Positions 11,269 through 19,916 of a stretch of 64,000 nucleotides of DNA are shown piece by piece. The notes below the pieces were generated by a model that searched no databases, was not told where the DNA came from, and saw only the letters and a list, made by a program, of their open reading frames with translations. Position numbers and translations under genes: made by a program. Each line of letters begins with the position of its first letter. Positions within the stretch are counted from its first letter, which is position 1. Source of the stretch: an uncultured Chloroflexia bacterium. Its GTDB lineage: Bacteria; Chloroflexota; Chloroflexia; Thermomicrobiales; UBA6265. Location of the stretch: NCBI GenBank assembly GCA_963724295.1, contig CAVRUC010000007.1, forward strand, positions 192,001 through 256,000. Direction: 5' to 3'.

Positions 11269-11964
11269 ATGCATATCATCTTGATGGGACCTCAGGGCTC
11301 TGGGAAAGGAACACAGAGCGAGCGCGTCCGAACCCGGCTCAATCTCGGTTCGATCGCCACCGGCGAACTCTTTCGAGCAGCGATCAAAGGGGGCACCGAA
11401 CTCGGGCGGAGGATTCAAGCCGTCTATGATCGCGGCGAACTGGTTCCAGACGAGCTGACGGTCGCACTCGTCGAGGAGCGGCTTGACCTACTTTCTCGGG
11501 AGCGTTCTCAAGGGGCCGCGATCGAAGGCGCACTCTATGACGGGTTTCCGCGCACGATTGCCCAGGCAGACGCATTGAGCCGGACCCTGGCAGCCCGCGG
11601 CGAAGAGGTGACAGCAGTCATCGCGATCGACGTGCCGCGACAGAAATTGGTCGAGCGACTGGCAAGTCGACGAGTCTGCTCCGATTGCGGTCGTGTCTAC
11701 AACGTGCTTTCCGACCCGCCAGCCGTTGATGGCGTTTGTGACGTCTGCGGCGGAAACGTTACCCAGCGAGCGGACGATACGCCGGAAGCGGTCGCCAAGC
11801 GACTCGACCTCTATGACATCGAGACTGCTCCGCTGCTCAACCGCTATGAGGAGCAGGGATTTGTGGAGCGAGTCGACGGCGACCGTGCCATCGACGACGT
11901 GACTGAATCGATCGTCGCGGCGATCCGGCGCAGGATGTCGCTTGCGGCAGTTCGCGCCCGCTAG
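11269..11964 (+). CDS. adk: Adenylate kinase (Zn-binding LID)
   Basis: GPQGSGKGTQ P-loop, DGFPRT, CSDC/CDVC; start may instead be TTG at 11266. Confidence 0.95.
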   Translation: MHIILMGPQGSGKGTQSERVRTRLNLGSIATGELFRAAIKGGTELGRRIQAVYDRGELVPDELTVALVEERLDLLSRERSQGAAIEGALYDGFPRTIAQADALSRTLAARGEEVTAVIAIDVPRQKLVERLASRRVCSDCGRVYNVLSDPPAVDGVCDVCGGNVTQRADDTPEAVAKRLDLYDIETAPLLNRYEEQGFVERVDGDRAIDDVTESIVAAIRRRMSLAAVRAR

Positions 11965-11976
11965 GAAGGCCGCACC

Positions 11977-12744
11977 ATGACGATGACGATCAAGAACGAA
12001 GAAGAGATCCGTCGCATGGACGAGGCCGGGCAGGTCGTGGCCCTCGTGCACGCCAGAATCGAGAGAGCGATCGCTCCCGGGGTGACGACGGCTGACCTGG
12101 ACGGCATTGCGCGGGAAACGCTCGATGAGTCAGGCGCCGTGTCCTCTTTCCTTGGGTATCACGGCTTTCCAGCCCACATTTGCGCCTCCGTAAACGACGA
12201 GATCGTGCACGGAATTCCTGGGAATCGCCGGCTTCGCGAGGGTGACATCGTCTCTATTGACGTGGGGGCGATTCTGGCCGGGTATCACGGTGACTCCGCC
12301 TGGACTTACGGAGTTGGCCAGATTGCGGATGAGGCGGCGGCACTGCTTCGCGACACCGAGGAAGCGCTCTACCTTGCGGTCGAAGCGGCCACGTCGGGCA
12401 ACCGGCTCGGGGCCATTGGATATGCGGTTGAGTCTTTCGCACACAAGCTAGGCCGCGGGGTGGTGCGCAATTATGGAGGTCATGGCATCGGCCGACAGAT
12501 GCACGAAGAACCTCATGTCCCCAATATCGGCCGTCCGGATCGCGGAGTTGTCCTGAGATCTGGTCTGACATTGGCAATCGAGCCGATGCTCACACTCGGC
12601 AGTGAGGATTCGACGACGCTTGCGGATGGCTGGACCGTCGTGACGGCGGATGGATCTCTCGCTGCCCATTTCGAGCACACCGTTGCCGTCGCTCCGGATG
12701 GGGGCCGCGTGTTGACGCGCCGGCTCGCTCCCGTGTTAGAATAA
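11977..12744 (+). CDS. map: Methionine aminopeptidase type I
   Basis: CASVNDEIVHGIP, GHGIGRQMHEEP and AHFEHT motifs. Confidence 0.97.
   Translation: MTMTIKNEEEIRRMDEAGQVVALVHARIERAIAPGVTTADLDGIARETLDESGAVSSFLGYHGFPAHICASVNDEIVHGIPGNRRLREGDIVSIDVGAILAGYHGDSAWTYGVGQIADEAAALLRDTEEALYLAVEAATSGNRLGAIGYAVESFAHKLGRGVVRNYGGHGIGRQMHEEPHVPNIGRPDRGVVLRSGLTLAIEPMLTLGSEDSTTLADGWTVVTADGSLAAHFEHTVAVAPDGGRVLTRRLAPVLE
12712..12742 (+). promoter_or_regulatory. Putative internal sigma70-type promoter for rpmJ-rpsMKD-rpoA-rplQ
   Basis: Extended -10 TGtTAGAAT (12734-12742) inside the end of map; TTGACG lies 19 nt upstream of the hexamer. Confidence 0.5.
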
Positions 12745-12858
12745 CGTGTTCGGCGCACGCCCTGGGCGTGCGCTATCCGCGTGTGCGGCCTTGATAAAGC
12801 ATTTGCGAGGGTCGCGGGCGCACGACGTTCCACCATCAAGACAGGAATGGTATCGGTT

Positions 12859-12972
12859 ATGAAAGTAGCTGCTTCGGTGACTCGCCGTTGTGAAAAGTGC
12901 AAGATCATCCGGCGCCATGGTGTGGTCCGGGTGATTTGTGTGAACCCACGGCATAAGCAGCGGCAGGGTTAA
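12859..12972 (+). CDS. rpmJ: 50S ribosomal protein L36
   Basis: [37 protein letters not shown]. Confidence 0.96.
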   Translation: MKVAASVTRRCEKCKIIRRHGVVRVICVNPRHKQRQG

Positions 12973-13008
12973 TCGCCCGCGATCGCGCGGGCCCAGAGGG
13001 GATACGAC

Positions 13009-13380
13009 GTGGCGAGAATTGCAGGAGTCGATCTACCTCGCGACAAGCGAGTCGAGGCGGCGCTGCCATATATCTTTGGTATTGGGCTTCACACGAGTCA
13101 GAAGCTCCTCGAGCGCACGAATGTGAGCCCCGATACGCGCGTGCGGGACTTGACAGACGACGAGGTCAACCGCATTCGCGAGATTGTCGACAAGGAGATG
13201 CGGGTCGAGGGAGATCTGCGTCGTGAAGTGGCAATGAACATTAAGCGCCTGATGGATATCGGGTGCTATCGCGGTCTTCGGCATCGCCGCGGAATGCCGA
13301 CCAGGGGCCAGCGCACGCGGACCAATGCGCGCACGAGGCGTGGACCGCGGCGAGCGGTGGGCGGCCGCAAGAAGAGCTAG
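13009..13380 (+). CDS. rpsM: 30S ribosomal protein S13
   Basis: ARIAGVDLP and [24 protein letters not shown] motifs. Confidence 0.98.
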   Translation: MARIAGVDLPRDKRVEAALPYIFGIGLHTSQKLLERTNVSPDTRVRDLTDDEVNRIREIVDKEMRVEGDLRREVAMNIKRLMDIGCYRGLRHRRGMPTRGQRTRTNARTRRGPRRAVGGRKKS

Positions 13381-13458
13381 ATCTCCGAACCTGCCGGGGC
13401 GCGTGCTGACTGGTGTTGCTGCGCTGGCGAGTGTTGAGGGCGGAGGAGCACGGACGGA

Positions 13459-13866
13459 ATGGCAGACAAACGACGCGGTGGAAAAGGGAAGACACGAGTT
13501 CGTCGCCGCGACCGGAAAAATATTCCTCGCGGCAGGGCTTATCTGCAGGCGACGTTCAACAACACCATCATTACGATGACCGACCCTGCCGGGAATGTCA
13601 TCTCCTGGTCGAGCGCGGGCTCGAACGGTTTCAAAGGGAGCCGAAAGAGCACGCCGTACGCCGCCCAGGTGACGGCTGAATCCGCGGCTCGCAAAGCGAT
13701 GGAGCACGGGCTACGCCAGGTTGATGTTTTTGTGAAGGGGCCTGGCTCCGGTCGCGAGATGGCTATTCGCTCACTGCAATCAAGTGGCGTCCAGGTGGTC
13801 TCGATCACCGACACGACGCCGATTCCATTCAATGGTTGCCGGCCGCCGAAGCGGCGGCGGGTCTAA
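13459..13866 (+). CDS. rpsK: 30S ribosomal protein S11
   Basis: [21 protein letters not shown] and [11 protein letters not shown] motifs. Confidence 0.98.
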   Translation: MADKRRGGKGKTRVRRRDRKNIPRGRAYLQATFNNTIITMTDPAGNVISWSSAGSNGFKGSRKSTPYAAQVTAESAARKAMEHGLRQVDVFVKGPGSGREMAIRSLQSSGVQVVSITDTTPIPFNGCRPPKRRRV

Positions 13867-13953
13867 TGAGCAGGGCCGTGATCTCGCCGGGCCAGGCCCG
13901 CGATGCGCGAGCGGCCCGACATCAGGCGCGGATGACGGAGGACTGATTTAAAC

Positions 13954-14598
13954 ATGGCGAGATATACGGGTCCCGTCTGCCGGTTGTGCCGGCGCGAAGG
14001 GATGAAGCTCTATTTGAAGGGTGCGCGCTGCGATGGGCCAAAATGTCCGATCGTTAAGCGGCAGCCCGCGAAGAACTTTCCGCCGGGTCAGCACGGGCAG
14101 CGCCGCACGCGGCGACCGTCGGAGTTCGGGCTCCAGCTCCGCGAGAAGCAAAAAGTCCGGCGGTTCTACGGCGTCATGGAGAGCCAGTTCCACAAGCACT
14201 TCGTGGAGGCTGAGCGTCGTGGTGGAGTGACCGGCGACAATCTCCTGCAGATACTGGAATCTCGACTCGACAACGTGGTCTACCGGATGGGATTCGCGGA
14301 TTCGCGGAAGCAAGCTCGCCAGCTCGTCCGGCACGGGCATTTCATGGTCAACGATCGCAAGACCAATATTCCTTCATTCCTCGTCAAACCCGGCGACGTC
14401 GTGACGGTGCGTCCAGGAAGTCGCGGTCGCACGTATTTCACGGACTACGGTGAAGTGCTGGATACACGACGAGCACCGGACTGGATGACCATCGACGCTC
14501 GCGCACTCAGCGGCAAGATTCTCAACCTGCCCGCCCGCGACCAGATCGAAGTTCCGTCGTTCAACGAAGCACTCGTCGTGGAGCATTACAGCCGCTAA
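13954..14598 (+). CDS. rpsD: 30S ribosomal protein S4 (Zn-binding type)
   Basis: [16 protein letters not shown] and [11 protein letters not shown] motifs. Confidence 0.98.
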   Translation: MARYTGPVCRLCRREGMKLYLKGARCDGPKCPIVKRQPAKNFPPGQHGQRRTRRPSEFGLQLREKQKVRRFYGVMESQFHKHFVEAERRGGVTGDNLLQILESRLDNVVYRMGFADSRKQARQLVRHGHFMVNDRKTNIPSFLVKPGDVVTVRPGSRGRTYFTDYGEVLDTRRAPDWMTIDARALSGKILNLPARDQIEVPSFNEALVVEHYSR

Positions 14599-14662
14599 AC
14601 GCCTGGCTCAGGCGGGACTGCGTCGCTGACGCGCCACATGCACTAAATGGAGGCACTGCATC

Positions 14663-15778
14663 TTGTTGGAGCGACCGCAATTTCACATCGAAACTGTTGA
14701 GACCGGGCTCAATTACGGTCGATACAAGGCTGACCCGATGGAACCCGGCTACGGGACGACATTGGGCAACGCGTTGCGACGCATTTTGTTGCGATCTCTC
14801 GAAGGCGTGGCGGTCTCGCGAGTACGTCTCGACAACGTCTGGCACGAATTTTCAACGATCCCGGACGTGCGGGAAGATGTGACGGAGATCGTTCTCAATC
14901 TCAAGCGCATTCGGCTCAAGCGGCTGATGGAGCTGAACGGCGAGACCCGCGCTCACCTTTACGTCCAAGGCGACGCCTCCGGCGAGCGGGTGGTCACTGC
15001 TGGTGATGTCGTCTGGCCTGCTGAAGTAGACGTCATCAATCCTGAACAGGTCATTGCCACGATCGACTCCCCCAACGGGGTCATCGACATGGATATCTGG
15101 ATAACGCAAGATCGGGGATATAAGCCCGCGGAGTTGCAGGAGTCGTACGCGATCGGCGAGATCCCGATCGATGCGATCTATACGCCGATCGAACGCGTGA
15201 ACTTCGTCGTCGAGCACACCCGTGTCGGCCCGATGACCGACTATGACCGCCTCATCATTGAAGTGCTCACGGACGGCACGATCGAGCCGGACGACGCGCT
15301 GGCGGAAGCGGCGCGCATCCTGATGACTCAGGCCCAGGTATTTGCCGGCTTTACCCAAGGCGAGAGCGATCAGGCGAGCGGCGCGGGACAGGCGATCCCG
15401 GATGAGGTCCTCAACAAGCCTCTTCTCGATCTCGGTCTTTCGCCGCGCGTGCTCAATGCGCTGCGCAGCCGCCAGATCGAGCGAGTTGGCCAGGTCTTGA
15501 CCGCGGACCCCGAGCAACTTCTTTCCATCCGCAACTTCGGTCCGCGATCCCTGACCGAGTTGCGACAAAAACTTGCCGAGTTCGGATATCTGCCGGAGGG
15601 CGAAGTGGCCCTGGCCGGCGCTGAGTTCCTGGACGGACTTGACCTGACTGACGAGAGCCTCGATGAGTTGGACGGCGATGTTCTCGCCGTGAGCGATGAC
15701 GAGATGGCCGAGGCAGTTGCATCCCTTCGGGGAAGCGGCGTTGGCAGCGAAAACGCCGGCGGGGAGGATCGGGGATGA
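14663..15778 (+). CDS. rpoA: RNA polymerase subunit alpha
   Basis: GYGTTLGNALRRILL, HEFSTI and IRNFGPRSL motifs; TTG start after GGAGG. Confidence 0.97.
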   Translation: MLERPQFHIETVETGLNYGRYKADPMEPGYGTTLGNALRRILLRSLEGVAVSRVRLDNVWHEFSTIPDVREDVTEIVLNLKRIRLKRLMELNGETRAHLYVQGDASGERVVTAGDVVWPAEVDVINPEQVIATIDSPNGVIDMDIWITQDRGYKPAELQESYAIGEIPIDAIYTPIERVNFVVEHTRVGPMTDYDRLIIEVLTDGTIEPDDALAEAARILMTQAQVFAGFTQGESDQASGAGQAIPDEVLNKPLLDLGLSPRVLNALRSRQIERVGQVLTADPEQLLSIRNFGPRSLTELRQKLAEFGYLPEGEVALAGAEFLDGLDLTDESLDELDGDVLAVSDDEMAEAVASLRGSGVGSENAGGEDRG

Positions 15779-16131
15779 GGCATCGCAAAGCGGGCAGGAA
15801 GTTCGGCCGCAACTCCGCGCAGCGGCAAGCCCTGCTGCGCCAGCTCGCGATCTCCATGATTCTCCACGAGCGGCTGACGACGACCGAGGCTAAGGCGAAG
15901 TCGTTGCGGCCAGTTGTCGAGAAGTTGGTCACCATCGCGCGATCCGATTCGGAGCACCACCGGAATCTGGTCATGTCGAAGATTGACCACTCGCCCGCAA
16001 CGGCGAAGCTCTTCGAGGTCATCGCGCCTCGATTCGAAGCAGCGCCCGGGGGCTACACCCGGATCTCGAAGCTCGGTGTGAGGCACGGTGACGCCGCGCC
16101 GATGGCGCTGATCGAGTTTATCGAGGTCTGA
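15775..16131 (+). CDS. rplQ: 50S ribosomal protein L17
   Basis: MRHRKAGRKFGR, TTEAKAK and GGYTRI motifs. Confidence 0.97.
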   Translation: MRHRKAGRKFGRNSAQRQALLRQLAISMILHERLTTTEAKAKSLRPVVEKLVTIARSDSEHHRNLVMSKIDHSPATAKLFEVIAPRFEAAPGGYTRISKLGVRHGDAAPMALIEFIEV

Positions 16132-16156
16132 GTGGCATACGTCGCGTTCGCACACC

Positions 16157-16973
16157 ATGCCGAGTTTTCGGCTGACACTGGCCTATGACGGGACGAACTT
16201 CGCCGGTTCCCAAATTCAGCCGAACCAGCGAACCGTCCAGGGCGAGCTGGAGCGGGTTCTCGGCGTCATCGTGGCGACCCCGATTCGCGCGGTATTGGCG
16301 GGGCGAACAGATCGTGGCGTCCATGCGGTCGGCCAGATCGCGGCGATCACACTCCCGGCTTGGGGCGCGACCGCGCCGGACTTACAACAGGCGCTCAACG
16401 CGCGCCTGCCTGTCGACGTCGGTGCGACCGCGGCGGCCCTCTGCGCTGATTCGTTCAATCCCCGGTACGACGCGGCGTGGCGAGAATATCGCTACTGGAT
16501 CGCATTCAAGGTTGCTAGCCCGTTTCTCGGCCGCTACGCCTGGATGCGGCGAACGGAGCTCGATGCCGAAGCTGTCCGGGCCGGTGCGCGAAATCTCGTG
16601 GGGATCCACGACTTCGCATCATTCGCGGGAGACGGTGAGGGCGTTCCGTGGTCGCGGAGAGCGGAAACACCAAGGGGTACCACGCGCACGATCCTTCGCT
16701 GCGATTGCCAGGAAGTCCGGCCGCCGATTGGACCAGGCAGCAAAGAGCTCGCAACCGTTCTCGAGATTCGGGTGGTCGCGGACGGCTTCCTGCCGCACAT
16801 GGTGCGCAACATCGTTGGCGCGCTGCGTCCAGGTTGGGCATGGCCAGAGGAACCCGGAATGGATCAGCGAGCTCCTGGCCGGGCGGGATCGGCGGCTCGG
16901 TCCGGCAGCGGCACCGCCGCATGGACTCACGCTCGTGCGAGTTGGCTTCGCCGGGGACGTGCTAGACGACTGA
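16157..16973 (+). pseudogene. truA: tRNA pseudouridine(38-40) synthase TruA with a +1 frameshift near 16826 (pseudogene or sequencing error)
   Basis: AYDGT, AGRTDRGVHA and FLPHMVRNIVGAL are in one frame; the expected tail VQVGHG...APPHGLTLVRV is in another frame ending at 16973. Confidence 0.85.
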
Positions 16974-17006
16974 CGATGCGCCTCAGGGCGCCGAGGGAGC
17001 ATAGAT

Positions 17007-17468
17007 ATGGAACGGCGAACGTGGGTGCCGAAGATGGCTGATCTGAATACCGGTAAGCGATGGTACGTTGTCGACGCAGACGGCCAGACGTTGGGGCGAA
17101 TCGCATCCGTCATCGCAGCGACTCTTCGCGGCAAGACGAAACCGACGTACACGCCGCACGCGGACATGGGCGACTTCGTCATTGTTGTCAATGCTGAAAA
17201 GGTGGTCCTCACAGGAAAGAAGGAAACCCAGAAGCTTTATTCGCGCCACTCCGGCTATCCCGGAGGGTTGCGGCGGCGGTCGGTGAGGGAGGTTCGCGCC
17301 TCGCATCCCGAGCGCATCATCGAGAATGCGGTGCGCGGCATGCTGCCCGGGAATGTCCTTGGCCGGCGCCAGTTCAGGAAGCTCAAGGTTTACGCAGGTC
17401 CCGAACATCCACACGCGACACAACAGCCCGAGGCTTTGCTGGTCCGGGAACCCGATCAGGCCAATTGA
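17007..17468 (+). CDS. rplM: 50S ribosomal protein L13
   Basis: [22 protein letters not shown] and HSGYPGG motifs. Confidence 0.97.
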   Translation: MERRTWVPKMADLNTGKRWYVVDADGQTLGRIASVIAATLRGKTKPTYTPHADMGDFVIVVNAEKVVLTGKKETQKLYSRHSGYPGGLRRRSVREVRASHPERIIENAVRGMLPGNVLGRRQFRKLKVYAGPEHPHATQQPEALLVREPDQAN

Positions 17469-17513
17469 TTGATGCGCAGTCGATAGCCGCACTGAAGGAG
17501 AGGTTTGACAAGA

Positions 17514-17912
17514 ATGGCTGAGGCCCCATACATCTGGGCAGTGGGTCGGAGAAAAGCAGCGGTGGCACGTGTCCGGCTCTACCCCGGATCCGGAAGAATC
17601 ACTGTCAATGGCCGTCCATCGACCGACTATTTTGGCGGGCGAGCCATCTATCAGGCTTCGCTGTTCGAGCCGCTTATTCTCACCGGCGCACGCGACCGGT
17701 TCGACGTCACTGTGCGTGTCGTTGGAGGTGGGGTGTCCGGCCAAGTTGGGGCTATCCGCCACGGCATTGCCCGAGCGCTGGTGCGCTCCGACGAGGAACT
17801 CCGCCCGACCCTGAAGCGAGCCCAGTTACTTACTCGCGATGCACGGGTCAAGGAACGGAAGAAGGTCGGCCTCAAGCGCGCTCGCAAGGCTCCTCAGTAC
17901 ACCAAGCGGTAG
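17514..17912 (+). CDS. rpsI: 30S ribosomal protein S9
   Basis: GRRKAAVARV, GGGVSGQ and ARKAPQYTKR motifs. Confidence 0.97.
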   Translation: MAEAPYIWAVGRRKAAVARVRLYPGSGRITVNGRPSTDYFGGRAIYQASLFEPLILTGARDRFDVTVRVVGGGVSGQVGAIRHGIARALVRSDEELRPTLKRAQLLTRDARVKERKKVGLKRARKAPQYTKR

Positions 17913-17981
17913 CGACCAGCGGTTAGCAACACGGACCCGAGCGAGCCAGCCGTTCTTGCTCGCCCGGGTTCCCTGCCAGAG

Positions 17982-18812
17982 TTAAATCCCGCGTGAAGAC
18001 GGACTGCCCTCGTAGCGACTGATCCCCTCCCGCAGCGCTCGGGCGTGAACAGCGGCCCGCTCGGCGATGTAGTCCACCGCACGGCGAGCGCCGTACGACG
18101 CAACTCGTGGCGTGATGGGAAATGGCACCGATCGCGCGGGTGCGACGGCCACCTCGAGGCCGTGGTCGCCATCGATCGCGGCATGCAGAGCGCGGCACGC
18201 GACCCGGTCGCGCCCGACCGCGGCCCGGGACGGTGCTGAGGTGGTAATGCGGAGTAGGCTCAATCGTTCACCCAGCCGCGCAATTGCCGCCTCGGCTTCC
18301 CAGGTGGGGTCGAACTGACCCGACAAGTCTACGGCTATTGAGAGATCCCATTCTTCGGCAAACCGCCTGATTCCGCCGAGTTGCACCAGATGGGAGCGCC
18401 CGCCTTTGAGCGTGGCCGATGGAATCCCGAGTACGACTTGCCTGGACTGATTCGACCAGTCCCCGATATGCAGTTGTCTCATGAGCTCATGAAGTGTGGC
18501 GCCGGTGGGAAGAGTCCCGACGACGCGCGGAGGCGCGTCTGGCTGAAGCGCCCCAATCCTCTCGATGAGACGGCGGCTACGCAGTGACCGGAGTTCGCTT
18601 GCTGGTAGCCAGATGGTTCTGACTGGGACGTAGGCATTGTCTGCCGCCCCCAGCCGCGCCGCCAGCCATGCGCCAAAAGCGGACGCCGCATCGACGTCCA
18701 GGCTGTCGATACCCGCCAGAGTGGCTACCCGTTGCACCATCCACCCGGGTAGCATCGCTCTCCGAGTGGAGTAGCTGACTGCTATGGGGGATGAAGGCAC
18801 CTGGAGCGACAT
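17982..18812 (-). CDS. Hypothetical protein, possibly a degenerate xylose-isomerase-like TIM barrel
   Basis: Long ORF filling the gap between rpsI and the MBL gene; IAVDLSG...AIARLGERLSLLRI resembles the AP-endonuclease-2/XI pattern without its metal ligands. Confidence 0.55.
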   Translation of the reverse strand: MSLQVPSSPIAVSYSTRRAMLPGWMVQRVATLAGIDSLDVDAASAFGAWLAARLGAADNAYVPVRTIWLPASELRSLRSRRLIERIGALQPDAPPRVVGTLPTGATLHELMRQLHIGDWSNQSRQVVLGIPSATLKGGRSHLVQLGGIRRFAEEWDLSIAVDLSGQFDPTWEAEAAIARLGERLSLLRITTSAPSRAAVGRDRVACRALHAAIDGDHGLEVAVAPARSVPFPITPRVASYGARRAVDYIAERAAVHARALREGISRYEGSPSSRGI

Positions 18813-18912
18813 GCTGGAGCTCTCTGGAGTGTGCGTCGGTGATGGCGCTCGACGCCGACCTGGGTGACAGGGACCTGAGTCTAGCACCGCGTGTCTGCTG
18901 GCTCAAACGTCG

Positions 18913-19689
18913 CTATCGCTGCCAGCTCACGCTCAGGCCAGGTGTGGCCAGCTCGACCGGTCTACCAAACATCTGCGACGCTTCCCGGACCGCTTTGAAG
19001 GGATCGTCTTCCGCCCAGAGATGGGAAAGCACAAGCACATTCGCACCGGCCTGCCGGGCAAGCGTCCCCGCTTCGCCCGGACTCATGTGTCCCCGAGACG
19101 CGTATGGCTCGTGCGAGCCGCCGGAATCAGTTCCTTCAGCCACGACGATATGCGAGCCCGTCGCCACGGCCGCCAGGTTTGCCGCCGGGCCTGTGTCCGC
19201 AGTGTAGAAGAGGTCGCCGTCGATACCGTTGGAAATGCGCGCTGCCCAGCAGGGCACATAGTGCACAGTCGGAAAAAAGCGGAACTCCAACTCGCCGATT
19301 GTCAGCAATGCATCAGGATCGTATTGACGAATCTCGAATACCGACAAGAACTCGCTGCTTTCGGAATTTTCCGTGATCGCTTCGGCAAGCCGATCGAGAA
19401 GAGCGACGCCCCCAGGTGGCAACCAAAGCGGTAGCTGCCGGCCAGCCGGGACTGGGTTGTACGCCAGGGCGTAGCGAAGTGTAAGCAGGTCAAGAACATG
19501 GTCGAGGTGGCCGTGCGAAATCACCACCCCATCTATCGCTCGGTAGTCGACGTGGCGCCGTAGCTCCGGAAACGTACCGGGGCCAAGGTCGACCACGACG
19601 TTGGTCGCCCCGCTCTCCACGAAGTAGCCGCTGCACCCCTGTCCTGGGTTCGGGCCGGCGGCACTGCCTCCCAGTACCGTGAGTTTCAT
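18913..19689 (-). CDS. MBL-fold metallo-hydrolase (RNase Z/YhfI-like)
   Basis: MKLTVLGGS, SHGHLDH (HxHxDH), YTADTG, GHMS and LSHLW motifs. Confidence 0.9.
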   Translation of the reverse strand: MKLTVLGGSAAGPNPGQGCSGYFVESGATNVVVDLGPGTFPELRRHVDYRAIDGVVISHGHLDHVLDLLTLRYALAYNPVPAGRQLPLWLPPGGVALLDRLAEAITENSESSEFLSVFEIRQYDPDALLTIGELEFRFFPTVHYVPCWAARISNGIDGDLFYTADTGPAANLAAVATGSHIVVAEGTDSGGSHEPYASRGHMSPGEAGTLARQAGANVLVLSHLWAEDDPFKAVREASQMFGRPVELATPGLSVSWQR

Positions 19690-19768
19690 CTGTTTCCGTT
19701 CCTCTTGTTCCCCCCACTGTACGCGCTGGCTGGTCGCATTGTGACAGAGGCAGAGCGACTCGAGATTT

Positions 19769-19798
19769 TTGACGATGTATTCTCGAGACACCTATACT
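19769..19798 (+). promoter_or_regulatory. Putative sigma70 promoter of the pyr operon
   Basis: TTGACG (19769-74), 18-nt spacer, TATACT (19793-98). Confidence 0.7.
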
Positions 19799-19826
19799 CT
19801 CCTCGACGCCCGCAACGAGGGAATTC

Positions 19827-19916
19827 GTGACGCAATCCATGACAAGATGCTCGGCGCCGCCGCCGTCTCCCGGACCCAACTGGACCGCGAGGCGGTTTTT
19901 TTCTGTCCGCCCATGA
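19827..19916 (+). CDS. Putative pyr leader peptide (29 aa uORF)
   Basis: GAGGG then 5 nt then GTG; reads VTQSMTRCSAPPPSPGPNWTARRFFSVRP*; its stop overlaps the pyrC ATG (ATGA). Confidence 0.4.
   Translation: MTQSMTRCSAPPPSPGPNWTARRFFSVRP
19860..19902 (+). terminator. Putative attenuator terminator in the pyr leader
   Basis: Imperfect hairpin closed by CCGCC/GGCGG and followed by T7, 10 nt before the pyrC ATG. Confidence 0.55.

Noticed and set aside
16157..17041. 294-aa ORF as intact TruA, or a programmed frameshift
   Set aside because: The conserved C-terminus is in another frame, and no slippery site or stimulator is visible.
19880..19895. PyrR-binding loop (GGACCGCGAGGC)
   Set aside because: It matches only the 3' part of ARUCCNGNGAGGYU, and no pyrR is in the window.
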